A stretch of 63,449 nt of DNA, counting the filler, from Salisapilia sapeloensis CBS 127946 (lineage: Eukaryota > Protista > Oomycota), in assembly GCA_023334545.1 (NCBI GenBank). It is 8 parts of 8 records of this genome, joined end to end, with 100 filler letters (N's around TTAATTAATTAA, not from the genome) between each part and the next. Parts side by side here need not be neighbours in the genome. Positions count along the whole stretch, not along the records: positions 30,966 to 44,083 come from JAADVB010000399.1; positions 44,184 to 55,326 come from JAADVB010000435.1; 6 more parts are not named here. One strand, 5' to 3'. Shown here piece after piece: positions 32,319 through 44,321 of the stretch. The notes beneath the pieces were generated by a model. That model had not been told where the DNA came from and ran no database searches. It was given only the letters and a program-made list of their open reading frames with translations. The number at the start of each line of letters is the position of its first letter. Within the stretch, counting starts at the first letter, position 1. The position numbers and the translations under genes were made by a program.

Positions 32319-34016
32319 TCAGTCCAGTCCAAAGATCTTCTTTAGCGAGTACACGAGCACGATGGACGCCGGGTAGACGGCAAGGATTAAACATGCGTCC
32401 AATAGTCTCTGTGTCTTCCGAATGGATATTAGTCCAACGGCAACTTCGGCGAACAAGATAGCAGTCACTTCAGCTGCAAAGCCCCAGACCAACGCACTCT
32501 TCTTAAAGTACATGAGTCCAGCAAACACTGCGACGTTTAGACTGTTGTTCATCACCACAGCACCAAGCAAGGCAGAAACTGCGATAGATGCTGTCTTAGA
32601 TGTCTTCTTGACAGCGTAGCTGTAGGACGCGATGATCTCACAGGCGTTCGATGCTAGCGGAGCGACGATGAACGAGATGTAAAAGTTTGGAATACCAGTC
32701 CGCTTGCCCACTTCCGACAGAACGTCGACCATAGGATCTGACACGAGAAGAACGAATGCAGTGCCGAGGAGTGTCATCCACGCCGCTCGGATCTTGATCC
32801 GTTTCTGCTGCTCGCTCACGGACATGCCGGACAGATCATCCGGGACATCGTCTTCCTCGTCATCGTCGTCGGCGTCATCGTCGAATGACATTGACTCCGG
32901 GGGCTCCTCCGAATGGATGCTCTTCATCTCAACGTACGACCCCTCTCCACGCTGCTCCTTCTCGTATTTCGTGATAAGGTATCGGAGTGTGGCATGTGCC
33001 AATTCGTCAAACTCGAGGTATCCCGAGTTGTCCTTGTCCGCTTCTTCTAACCACGACTCGACTTCCTTGTTCGACACACGCTCGCCCATGTCTTGGAAGA
33101 AGAGCCGCAACTCACGAGTGTCGATCTTGTTGTTCCGGTCTTGGTCGTAGACGTGGAAGAAGGGTCGGATGATGTTTTCAACGTGCTGTTGCTGGATTTT
33201 GGGGTTCAATGCCGTCTGTTCATCCGACGACTTGTTCTTCATCTTACTGAGTTCGGTGCTTAGTACACCAGAGAGACTCATCCTCCGCTCTCGAATAGCT
33301 TTCACTCTTGTTTCATCCACTTTATCCATGGACACTTGAGATGTCTTGTAGATGTTCCAGCCCAAGTAGAAGACGACTGCGAGTAGAGAGACGATCAAGG
33401 TTACAAGAGCGTATGGCTTTTGCTGGTCTGCAGCTTCGTCGTAATCCAAATCTTCATCCTTCGCCTCCGTCCCAGTGTACTTAAACGCAGGAGCCTGTAG
33501 AAGGAGGTAGATGACACTCGTACCGAGCATCATCTTGATGTTTGCTGGGATCTCCTCCGAAAACACGACACCCGTGTGCTTGAGGCTCTTGTTATCAGGC
33601 GGCTGGAGCTTGGACCAGTTCTTACCAGCGTCACTTGGACGACTGTAGTTGCCTCTGCCTTTGCTGTCCAAGTTGACCCGACCAGCGTAGATAGAAAGGA
33701 ACCAAGGGATGGTGAGTAGCATGATGGTAGACCCGGCGATGGAGCCGACACCGACAGAGATCTGCTCTTGGGCATTCGGACCGAGTCCGGAGAACAGGAC
33801 GATGGCACCGTCCGGTACTGCTCCAAGCACTGGCAGGATGACACTGCCAACCATACCAGACAAGGACGGCACAAGCAGCAAGAGTTCACTACCGTCCGAA
33901 ATCATTTTACTAGCGTAATACAGCACGACGCCGTAGACTGTTCCGAGGAAACATACTTGGAAGAATCCGGCACCGTCGTCCGGTAGGCTGCTCGGGTCAA
34001 TAAACAAGGAGCTCAT
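32319..34016 (-). CDS. EF-hand-containing Ca2+/cation antiporter (NCL/EF-CAX type)
   Basis: GSELLL..GSVILPVLGAVPDGAIVLFSG, GSIAGSTIMLLTIPW, two EF hands (DQDRNNKIDTRE, DKDNSGYLEFDE), SDPMVDVL, PLASNACE. Confidence 0.88.
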   Translation of the reverse strand: MSSLFIDPSSLPDDGAGFFQVCFLGTVYGVVLYYASKMISDGSELLLLVPSLSGMVGSVILPVLGAVPDGAIVLFSGLGPNAQEQISVGVGSIAGSTIMLLTIPWFLSIYAGRVNLDSKGRGNYSRPSDAGKNWSKLQPPDNKSLKHTGVVFSEEIPANIKMMLGTSVIYLLLQAPAFKYTGTEAKDEDLDYDEAADQQKPYALVTLIVSLLAVVFYLGWNIYKTSQVSMDKVDETRVKAIRERRMSLSGVLSTELSKMKNKSSDEQTALNPKIQQQHVENIIRPFFHVYDQDRNNKIDTRELRLFFQDMGERVSNKEVESWLEEADKDNSGYLEFDELAHATLRYLITKYEKEQRGEGSYVEMKSIHSEEPPESMSFDDDADDDDEEDDVPDDLSGMSVSEQQKRIKIRAAWMTLLGTAFVLLVSDPMVDVLSEVGKRTGIPNFYISFIVAPLASNACEIIASYSYAVKKTSKTASIAVSALLGAVVMNNSLNVAVFAGLMYFKKSALVWGFAAEVTAILFAEVAVGLISIRKTQRLLDACLILAVYPASIVLVYSLKKIFGLD

Positions 34017-34363
34017 ACCGCTTGGGGTCTATCTAGCAGATCGAGAAATGAGCAAGGGAGGCAGGCATGCCGCCGCCGATTGCTTACGAAGGTCGTACAA
34101 AATTTAGTTGATTGGCGTCGGATCGGATGTCCGAGTACTCCTACATGATTTATCTTCAAATTTTTATCCCGACATGGAACTTTAATTGATAGATTTCGAT
34201 GGATACAAGTCGAATGCGAGTAGATTTTTTAAGACAAGTAAAGCTATTAAATGTATTCGTTGTCAAAATGAAAGAAATAGCTTTCGGATAGTAAGGTGAA
34301 GTAGCGGTAAGCATGAAAGTGGTTGTATTAAAGCAAAGGCTCAAGTGGAAAAGAAAAGAATGC

Positions 34364-35385
34364 TCAGCAGCAGCCACTCTTTTGTTTGGCTGGATCGACT
34401 TGGGGCGGTCCGCCTCGGATCCGCAAGTTCGCCGTGCTGCCTTGACTACTGGCCAACTCATCTACATCGTCATCGCTCAATTGGATCAGATTCTTCTTTG
34501 CTGGTTTTGGTGCCGATTCGGCTTCCGAGGTCGAAGTTGCACGCGTACTTCCAGATGTTGGAGCACGACTGTTGCTAGATGGCATTGCACGAGCACCGCT
34601 AGACGCTGTTCTCCGGTGTCTTGACTGTGGCTTAGAAGCTGACGTCGGAGTCGAGGCCGAGGCTTTCCGGTGATCTGTTTGAAAATGTTAAACACATCAA
34701 TAGGAGAAATGAAAAGAAGCGCGTACCTGATGGAGGAGGTCTGGGTGGTGTTTCGTCCTCGTCGTCTGCAATGAGCGCACTTGTCTTTTTGCTCTTTTTC
34801 GTGCTCTTGGACGTCTTCTGATGGAGAAGTTGCTTGGTGATGTCCACGAACACTTCTTCCAGGTTTTTATTCATCTTGGCGCTCGTGAGGAAGTGCGAGG
34901 CACCTACGGACTCGGCATACTGCTTGGCTTCTTCTTCATCGACTTTGCGATTACGCGTCAAGTCGGACTTGTTGCCGGCGATGACCAATGCTAGGTCTTC
35001 ACCGACGATCCGTCGGAGCTCACGTACCCACGTCCGGATCTTCCGGAAGGACTCATCGTCCGTGACGTCGTACACAAGCAACGCACCATCTGCATCACGA
35101 TAATAGATGGGTCCGAGTGCATGGAAACGTTCCTGTCCGGCCGTGTCCCATAGCGACAGCTGCACCTTTTTGCCCTCCAATACCATTTTCTTGTCTAAGT
35201 AGCTTGCCTGCAGTGTGGACACTTGCTTGTCATCGTACTCGCCTTTGATGTATCGCAGCAGAATCGATGTTTTCCCGACTCGACCTAGACTGTAGATGAG
35301 TAATAGGTGGTAGATAGGTCATAGACGGTCGCGTACCTTCGCCGAGAAGAACGATTTTAAACTTGCGTGTACTGCGGTCTGTCAT
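34364..35385 (-). CDS. RAB21: Rab21 small GTPase with long hypervariable tail
   Basis: KIVLLGEGRVGKTS, STLQASYL, WDTAGQERFHALGPIYYRD, GNKSD, TSAK; introns 35285-35336 and 34675-34726; ends SGCC-stop. Confidence 0.9.
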
Positions 35386-35811
35386 TCTGGTTGGTAGAAT
35401 CGATTTCGAAGATGCTTCGTTGATCACGTGATTTGCTGTCCGACGGCAACGTTGGGTGCCAACGATTCGATACACGAGTAGCTGTGCTCGACTAGATGTA
35501 GTAGATAAAGAAGGATGGTCAAGCAGGTTGCTAGAGGCAAGGCAGCAAGGGGTCTAGTCGAATGTCGTCTTCCCTCCTGTTTCTCCTCCCGTTCTTTCAG
35601 CTCAGCAGCCGAGACACACCTTTTCAGTATGCTACCTACAATTTTGTATGTTGATGCAAAGATTACGATTTAGTGTAATGAGTGCGGTTTAGCGACATTT
35701 TTCGGCCTCGGAATCCATCTTTTTATTCCTAATTCGTAAGTAAAATGTATGTTTAACGTAATTCGTACCTTTCGAACGATCTTCCATTCCAAAGAGAAGA
35801 AAAGGAGGAAA

Positions 35812-36547
35812 ATGACGCTAGACGATCAAGTGGGTTTGCTCAAGCCTGGCGAGGTCGATGCCGGTACTTCCATCATGGCAGTCAAGTTCGATGGTGGTGT
35901 CGTGCTCGGTGCCGATTCTCGTACTTCCACTGGCGTCTACATTGCGAACCGTGTCTCGGATAAGCTCACGCCACTCCACGACCGCATCTTTTGCTGTCGA
36001 AGTGGAAGCGCTGCGGACACGCAGGCATTAGCAGACTATGTCAAGTACTTCTTGTCATCCCACTCGATGGATTTGGGACGCTTGCCGAAGGTGCACACGG
36101 CAGCGAATTTATTCCGGTCGCTCTGTTATGCGAATAAAGATCGACTTTTGGCTGGTATCATTGTCGCCGGGTGGGACCCCGTCCAGGGTGGACGCGTCTT
36201 CAGTGTACCCATCGGAGGTGCCATGGTCGAGCAGGACTTTGCCATCGGTGGGTCCGGTTCCACCTTCATCTATGGATACGTCGATGCTCACTACAAGTAC
36301 GTCTACATGCCTCGACCTTTATCTCTTACGACTGCATCGATAGCAACTTATATACAGAACGGAGACTGACATTGTGAATAGACCAGGCATGACGCGTGAA
36401 GAGTGCGAGACGTTCGTGAAGCAAGCGCTAAGCCACGCCATGGCTCGTGACGGCAGCTCTGGCGGTGTCATCCGTACGGTGACGATCACTGCCGACAGCG
36501 TCGACCGAGACTTTGTCCCGGGGGACCAGCTTCCCTTTGCGCTCTAA
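35812..36547 (+). CDS. PSMB6: 20S proteasome subunit beta-1
   Basis: Propeptide then G|[44 protein letters not shown]; intron 36297-36381; [10 protein letters not shown]. Confidence 0.95.
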
Positions 36548-36588
36548 CGTGGTTGGCATCTAGAAAAAGAAAAGAAATCTATTTTCTT

Positions 36589-39500
36589 TTAAACGAAGAG
36601 ACTATCCATGGCTCCGGCCGACCCTCTGCTTCTCTTCTTCTCCTCCTCTGCAGCTTGCATCAGATCCTGCATCTTAATCCACCGCTCCTCCTTTCTCAAC
36701 GCAGCCTTGGCCGCTGCACGATACACGGCATCACCGATGGCAGTGTAATTGAGCTCATACCTGTCTGCGAGTTTCTTGACATCCAGCTTGTCTTCCACTG
36801 GCGCCTTGGCCGGGAGACACGCCTTCCAAATCTCCTGTCGCAAGTCGCTCTTCGGAAGACTGAACTCGAGGAAGAACTTGACCTTTTTCCCCATATCTGA
36901 GTTGCGGAGACCAGAGCTCTGGACTTTGTCCAGTTCCGCCACGATGATCGTGACGCTCGGGAACGTGTCCATGCGTTTGACGATCTTCATCATCTCCTTT
37001 GCTCGCACTTCTTCATCCAGTTGACTCCCAAAGCTCTCCATTCCCTCTAGCACCAAGACAGCATCCATGAGTCTCGCGTCGTTGAACACACTTTCGAGCG
37101 CACTCCGGACGTCGTTCATACTGTCGCCCTGTAGCTGATTGACGTTGACGACCTTAAGCGGCCTTCCAACTTCAAAGCCGAGTGCCTTGGCAGCACGCAT
37201 CTTTCCGACGCCAGCAGGTCCGACGAACAGGACGCTCGTACCCTTTTGCTTCGAGCTGTCTCCATCGAGCGTGAAGCCCCATTGGTTATACACGACGCCT
37301 CGAGCTTTTTCAAAGTTGGCAATGTCCTGCAGCTGTGTCTTGACGTCTTTCGAGACAAGGAGTGCATCTAGACCAGACGTCGGGACGACACGATGGTCAA
37401 AGGTTTTCATGTGCAGACTGCCTCGCATCTGCAGCGCACAGCCGTGGACGATATCTTGCTGACTAATCTTCGGCGACGTCTTATCTCGTGAAATAGCCTT
37501 TAGTAGGGCAGAAGTGATGGCGTTCTGGATGAACCCGCCACTGAGTTCATACTTGAGACTGATCTCGTCCCAGTCAATGTCGTCGTCTGTCGGAAGGTTG
37601 TCATCCAACAAGACTTCCCAGATCTTTCGTCGCTGGAGATGATCTGGTGCTTTGAATTCAAAGACAGCAGTGATGCGTCGGTGCATGGCCTCATCCAGAT
37701 CAAACGGTCGGTTCGTTGCGAGGAAGACGAGGCCAGGGTACTTTTCAATCTCTGTCAATAGTGAGTTCAGGAGCCGATCGCCACCGACGTCTCTTTGCTT
37801 AAAGATCGTCTCGCACTCGTCAAAGAAGAGAACCGCGTTGTGCATGTCTGCTTCTCGGAAGAGTGCACGGAGGTCGGCATCTGCCTCGCCATCCCGCTGC
37901 TTTCCTTGGAGCGAAGGGAAGTCGACGAGTAGAACGCGCTTGTCCAAGTGATTCGCGACAGCATTTACAGTCATCGTCTTACCAGTTCCCGATGCGCCAC
38001 ATAGTAACAGAACGAGTCCTTTGCCACAACCGACAGTATCCTCTAGATCCTGCTTCTTCCGATACTCTCGGAAGGCTTCATACGACTCGACGGTCTCGAG
38101 AATCGTTTTCTTGTGTTCTTCCGGAAGCACGACTTGATCCATCTGGACTTTCGGATGGTACAAGTCACTTCCTTCCACGAGTTCATTCATCTCTGTATCA
38201 AGTCCAACGACCCAATCAAGTACTCTTCGATCTAAATCCACGCGTTGATCGACGAGATCTCCTCCTGCATGCCATCGACTGCGATGGACTTTCACGAGTC
38301 CTTTCGACAGGAGCTTGCCGCTCTTGTAGAAGAACTTGCGATGTGCCACTTGCTCCTGGAAGGTATCACAGAAGACCGACAAGATTTGATTGATGACGAT
38401 ACTGTCGTCCATGCGTTGGACGGGAGACGTATCGACACCATCCAGCAGGTTCTTGATCACAGGACTGATCGTCTTGCCGATTAACATGACGATCACGTTC
38501 TGCTCGAACGTTGATAGATCAAACTTTTCCGTCAGTTCTTCAAGACGAGGCAACGGCTTGTCCTCCTGTCTCGTCAGCGCCAGTCGTCGGCGCGTCTTCT
38601 TGTCATGCACGCGCTCTTTCGCCTTGAGCTCCCTCTTACCGGCAGTCGCAGTCGTCGTCTCCCATGGCTGCTTCGTGCCAGCCTCTTTCATCTGGTCCTT
38701 GACACGCGCACCGGACGCTCTGATGGCAAACGCGACGACGTGGAAGCGATCTTCCAGGTATTCGAGCTGATTGGCAGGGTCGTAGCTCTTGATCTCGTCC
38801 TTGTCTTTCTCCTTGTCCGTCGTCTCCGGTGCCTGCGCCTGCGCCTGCGCCTGCGCCGGTGCTTCGACGACAGGAACTGGAGTATGGCTCTGGAGAGTCT
38901 CGACCGTCATTTTCTTCCCATTCGCTTTCGCCACTGGCTTGGCTTCCTCTTCCACGTACACACCTTCGTCTCGTAAAAGGTCTTCTAGAGCTGTTTGGCT
39001 GAGCTTTAGCATCTGATGGCTCGTGAGAGACCGACCAAGGAGGACGCGGACGGCAATGTTGGACAGGGAGAGTTGAACGTTGTACTGTTCGTCGTCAAAG
39101 AGGAGGATGCCTTCTTTCACGATCTCACGCTGGTCGTCATAGAACTCTTCAAAGTCCACATCCGAGATGCCAGCGATGCGTTGGAAGGATGCGAGACGAC
39201 GACTGGCATCCTCTTCGATCATTTGGCAACGCACGGCGTTCGACTGGCAGCCTTGGTACACGACCAAGAGCTGTAGCAATTCCGTCTCTTGGTCCGTCAG
39301 ACGATAGTCTTCGGCTAGTCGAAAGACTCGAGGAAGAAGATTATTTACATCTTGACCATCCATATCGCACTGGTTCAGTCGGAAGTTTGCGAGCGACTGG
39401 AGATATACTTTCAAGTCCGACTAGTCGAGAATGGATTTAGTGGTCAACTGGTAGAATAGCAATTATAGAGGCGTACCAGAAATGTAAGACGTTCCTGTAG

Positions 39501-39884
39501 ATCCTTTCGGTGATAAAGCTGATGTGAATGCTCTTTCGAGTCTTTCATAACGACTTGATCCGGTCGCGTGGAAGTCGAGGAGAACTCATGGAAAGCAAGG
39601 TCGTAGAGAAAAGTGACGTAGAATCGAAGTTCGGTCGCCCAGAACCACTGTACATCATTCTCAATCTGGACGTGAGATGCTTCACGCGGATCTCGCTGTA
39701 ATTCGTCTGCAAATTCTTGTAAGAGCGTATGAATAAAGCTATAGCTGTCGTTTAACTTGGCCAGCAGCTCATCACGCTTTGCACCTAGACTATCCGCCAC
39801 AGCCGATTCCTTCTTGTCGACTCTGCGTTGCTTCACGTGAGAACTTGCACCATTCGCGGTCGCTGTCCGAGTCCTCTTCGCCAT
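36589..39884 (-). CDS. Large AAA+ ATPase with one canonical and one degenerate AAA domain
   Basis: Exon 39477-39884 spliced (intron 39421-39476) to 36589-39420; D1 GASGTGKT / LFFDE / ATN / DEAMHRR; D2 GPAGVGKM / LVLEGM. Confidence 0.88.
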
Positions 39885-40313
39885 CGAAAGTGTCTCGTTC
39901 GAGATTATGCAGTCGACTTGGCCTTCGTATGTTCGTGTTTCTTACCACATCAGTGTTCGTAACACATGTTCACAACAACTAAACAACGCAGAGACACTGG
40001 AGAGACAGGAAGAGCAATCTTTTTCTATCCACTTGTTCAATGAAATGAAAGATCGACTCGAAGGCAACGGCGTAGGACAGAAATTATATATCCGAGTGTC
40101 CATAGAAACAAAGAACAAACACCTACGTGCGACAGGATATCAGACGGAGTATCTACCGTACATGTTTTGTTATAGAAGTATGCCGGACTTTGTATACTGG
40201 TGTGATTGGAGGGAATACAAGTCAAAAACGGCGAGAAACAAAGAAGCGGAGGACGCTCTCACTTTTATAAACGCCAGTTGCGCTCCGTCAGAGGACATTC
40301 GCAGTATCGTAGC

Positions 40314-41324
40314 ATGTCCGACTACGAGGAGGATGACGAGAAATGGGTCCAGTGGTTCTGCAGCCTCGCTGGCAACGAGTACTTTTGCGAAGTGCCACAC
40401 AGCTACATTGAGGACAGCTTTAACCTCTATGGACTGAGGTCCCTCGTGCCCAACTACCAAGAGGCGATCAATATCATCCTCGACATGACAGGTACTTGAC
40501 GTGCAGTAAATGACTGCCTCGATACGATACTAATTTTAGATGGCAGATATCCCGTACGATGAAGACGTGCCAACGTACGCCGCCGAGCTCTATGGTCTCA
40601 TCCATGCTCGCTACATTATCACGTCCCACGGTCTTGACAACATGGTATGTATACTAGTTCTACAGCCACATGCACCTTGTCTTATGTATGCGAGTAGATG
40701 AGAAAATATCGTGAAGGCGACTTTGGCATGTGTCCGCGTGCGCTCTGTGAAGGCCAGCTCGTTGTCCCCGTATGATCTCGTTGAACTTTTTATGTGTATG
40801 CTTTTACTCATGACGTTTGTCTTCTAGGCTGGTCTGCATGATGACTGGAAAAAATCTGAAATGAAGGTTTTCTGCCCCAAATGCCGAGATCTGTACACAC
40901 CCAGTCGTGAATACCAGTCCCCAGCAAGTATGTATATTATAAACAAATGTCATAGTCTTATGTTGATATTTATTTTGTCGTACAATAGTCGATGGCGCCT
41001 ACTTTGGAACGACGTTCCCCCACTTATTCTTCATGACGTACCGTGATCTGGAGCCTCAAGCCTCGACGACGCTGTACGTTCCGCGTATCTTTGGCTACAA
41101 GATCCATCGTAAGGGAGAGAACCGTCGACGACTTACACTCACGGCCCGAGCAGAGGAAGAAGAGGAAGAAGAAAAAAGCAACACACAGGTTGACTTTCTT
41201 TTTCTTTTCTTTAGGCGATCTGATTCTGACTTGATTATGGTAGAAACGAGGCACTTCAGCCGCGAATGCGCGGAAGAAGGTCGAGGAGGAGGCTCGTGCT
41301 GGCAAGAAACGCAAGTATGAATGA
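40314..41324 (+). CDS. CSNK2B: Casein kinase II regulatory subunit beta (6 exons)
   Basis: [79 protein letters not shown]; assembled over 5 GT-AG introns. Confidence 0.95.
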
Positions 41325-41664
41325 GTTTGAAGGAAATGGGACGGGTGGAAGCAAAGAAAGCACGTGAGATACTGTATGTGGCAACGGGGGTGGCCGGCAG
41401 TAGGAGCGAGGAGCAGGTCGTACGTGGCTGTTCGGTGTCAGTCATACCAACGTAGCTGTCAGGAACAGCTAGTGGAGAGGATAAGAGTACCCCGTTCAGT
41501 TAGGTTTTTTTAATTGGAACAACGTTGTCGGACTTGGCAAATTCTTTTTCTTTTTCTTAGACCCAGTATCTCGAACGAACCAAACGCACGTCGGCGAAAG
41601 GTACTCGCGTCTGTCCATCTAGCTGCAGTTTAGAAGCATTCTCATGTGCATGTAGATACTAGCA

Positions 41665-44083
41665 ATGGTCGATACAATCAGCCACAAGGTCTCGACAGCT
41701 CTACAGCTTTCAGACGACTGGGACGACGTCACGGATGTACATCCTCGAGATCGAATAGGACGCCAACGAGTCGAATTGACATGTGAATAGGTACTTACCA
41801 AGGCTTCCAAGGAGCTCAAGGTCGGGCAATTGGTCCACGTCCCAGGCTTTAACCTTTTCGACAGTATGACTGCGATGGAGCTCATGGATCGAAAGATGGA
41901 TGCTGGTATGCTCGAGAATGGCCGTCCCCCTCTCTCGGCCTCGGAGCGATTACAACAAGGTACGCTCTTGCATTGTATCTAGATGACTGCAGGTCTAACG
42001 TTTTGGAGTTAGGACTTGTGCCACTTCAATTTGAGAACCCAAAGGACCTCTTAGCGACCGTCGACCAGCTCCTGCGGTGTCAAACGGCATGGATGGATGG
42101 CCAGCCATTGGCTCAGACGCTTCTCACGAGTGTCTACCTCCATCCGACATGTCTAACTGCTTTATTCAATAAGCTACCAGGTGCCTCCGATAATCTATTC
42201 ATCGGAAAGGAAAATGAATTCCTAGATACTGTCGAGCAAAAGCTTGGTAGTGACGTTGACGATACGCTAACGACAGTGTTTGCTGCCACCGTCTTGTCTG
42301 TTCTCAAGATCAGTAACCTCATTCGACACTGTGTCTTACGAGCAGACATTTACGAAGAAGAGGACTTTTCACCAGGGAATGGGCTCAACCTCGGTGCGTT
42401 AGAAAAAGTCTCGTACGACACGACTTTAAAGCTCTTGCAAGTTGCCAAGAAGGTAGTTACGTGGATACTCTTTATCGTTTCTAATACTCACAAGCTATGT
42501 AGAGGTTGTCTTCTATCCAGGCCCAATTTCCTGTCGGGAAGAAGGGAAAGAAGAAGCCAAAGGCCTCGACAGATGCAAAGCTATCGGCACTTCACTCCCA
42601 GCCGAAACGCAATGCTGTCTTCGTGGAAGCCTTTAGCCGTCGTCTCACACTTCTCTACTCTCTCCTAGAAGCCTTTGCGTCTCTCGGGACGGTCGAGACA
42701 AACGTGGACTTTGCATCGTCCAACCAGCTCTTTAGTCAGACGCAGCAAGTGCTTGATCGGACGCTAGTGGAGAGTGTAGAGGAGGAGAAGGAGATTGGGA
42801 ATGGCAAGGCCATTGGCTTCGATACGGGTCTCAGTCGTCTCCTTCTGTCCGGAGCACCGCCGAGACAAGTGTCGATGCCAACGAACGCGACGATGTGGAC
42901 GATGCTCAAGACAGTCGTGAAGGAGATGGAGACAGCATGTGCTACTCGTCAATGGCGCAACATGGAAGAGCTACGGATCTTTCTCTCTGACTTTTCAAGA
43001 AGGAAACCTGGTATCATCTCGAGGTCCTACGTCCTCTTGTTCCTATACGTCGACAAAAAGATCTATGGGAAGTTTAACTTTATGGAGTGGCTGTCGGAAG
43101 ACATGGTACTCAATGGTGTTCCGGCAGTGCTCTTGTCGACACAAGAAGGCATGGCACTAACAACACGAGCGATCGAACTCGTCTACGAGAGCATGCGTGT
43201 GCCACTACATAATCGATCGAGGCAACGCGATCGGATGGAGTACCTCCTACAAGAGTGGGGAGCGCTCCAGCTAGACGCAGCTGCCGTCGATGCGAGTTTT
43301 ACGCAGGAGATGGACATTCCGGTAGGAAGTGTGTTGAACATGGAGAGGTAGAAAGCTAATGACTGATGGTAGAAAGAGAATCACCCGAGGTACTTTACAG
43401 CTTGGACATTGGAGCAATGTCTACAGCTGATGATTCCGTACGTTGCGTTGGGTATTGAACTTGACCTGTATGCTCCGACGGAATTGACGTCGGTCTTCTG
43501 GTACGTAACTTGTCTACTTGATCAGAAGAATGTCTTTCCTCATGCCTGCATGTAGGTACTTGGACTTTCTGTACGGATCACGCGTCCAGAGTCTTCAGTT
43601 CACATGGAATTTCTTGGATAAGATGAAAGAGATGATGCCGGAGAAGGAACAAGCGACCGAGGTGAAGCAGACGAGTGCGAAGGGATCTAAGAAGGGAAAA
43701 GGGAAGAAGAAGAGTAAGGGAGATAAGAAGAAGGATGCTCATAACGGCAAAGCGGAAGCATTGGACGAGAATGCGACCAGATTCACGCGCGAGATTGAGT
43801 ACTGCGAGATGCAGAGAGGTGTGATGCGCGCGCTCTTCCAGTTGTTCTCGGTCTTGGAGCGCGAAGGAGCGATTCAACGAAAGCAGGCACCGTATAGTTC
43901 CAGTGCCATCCGCTTCGCCCACCGCTTTGGGGCGTTCCGACCGGTCCACTTTCCGTCGCCACTGGCGTACGAGGACTTTGTCCAGAACTCGGACTTTTCA
44001 TCGTACGAGCCGCAGCTCGTGCGCAAGTCTGCCGAAGAGTGCTTCAAGGTGGCGAAGAAGCACGGCGAGCAGCTAGTGGGTCC
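41665..44083 (+). CDS. NAA35: NatC auxiliary subunit NAA35/Mak10, 3'-truncated
   Basis: WDDVT..LKVGQLVH..FNLFDSMTAMELMDRKMDAGM, WMDGQPLAQTLLTSVYLH, EEEDF, HNRSRQRDRME..LQEWGALQ, ELDLYAP, RFAHRFGAF; multiple introns. Confidence 0.92.
43943..44083. repeat. 141-nt terminal inverted repeat of contig 5, right copy
   Basis: Exact reverse complement of 30966-31106. Confidence 0.95.
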
Positions 44084-44183
44084 NNNNNNNNNNNNNNNNN
44101 NNNNNNNNNNNNNNNNNNNNNNNNNNNTTAATTAATTAANNNNNNNNNNNNNNNNNNNNNNNNNNNNNNNNNNNNNNNNNNNN
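44084..44183. other. Artificial contig linker
   Basis: 44 N + TTAATTAATTAA + 44 N. Confidence 0.97.
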
Positions 44184-44321
44184 TATCACCAGGCAGCGAG
44201 GCAGCATCATCCGGACAAGCACGGCGAGGCATCGGATGCACCGAGCCACTTCCACGATATCCAGGAAGCTTATGAGACGCTGCGAGACGAAGATAGCCGA
44301 GCAGCTTACGATGCGCAATTG
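44184..44321 (+). CDS. J-domain (DnaJ) protein fragment, 5'-truncated; not in ORF track
   Basis: YHQAARQHHPDKHGEASDAPSHFHDIQEAYETLRDEDSRAAYDAQL (HPD motif); frame stays open to ~44495 but the downstream structure is unclear. Confidence 0.8.

Noticed and set aside
35749-35811. N-terminal extension of proteasome beta-1 in the ORF track (likewise RLP24 13015-13050)
   Set aside because: Conserved family starts lie at 35812 and 13051; the extensions look like 5' UTR.
38831-38857. (GCCTGC)n hexamer tract
   Set aside because: Simple coding repeat (AQAQAQA linker) in the AAA ATPase.
39907-40437. 176-aa + strand ORF upstream of CK2 beta
   Set aside because: Out of frame with the conserved CK2 beta start at 40314, spans a divergent promoter, and has no family motifs.
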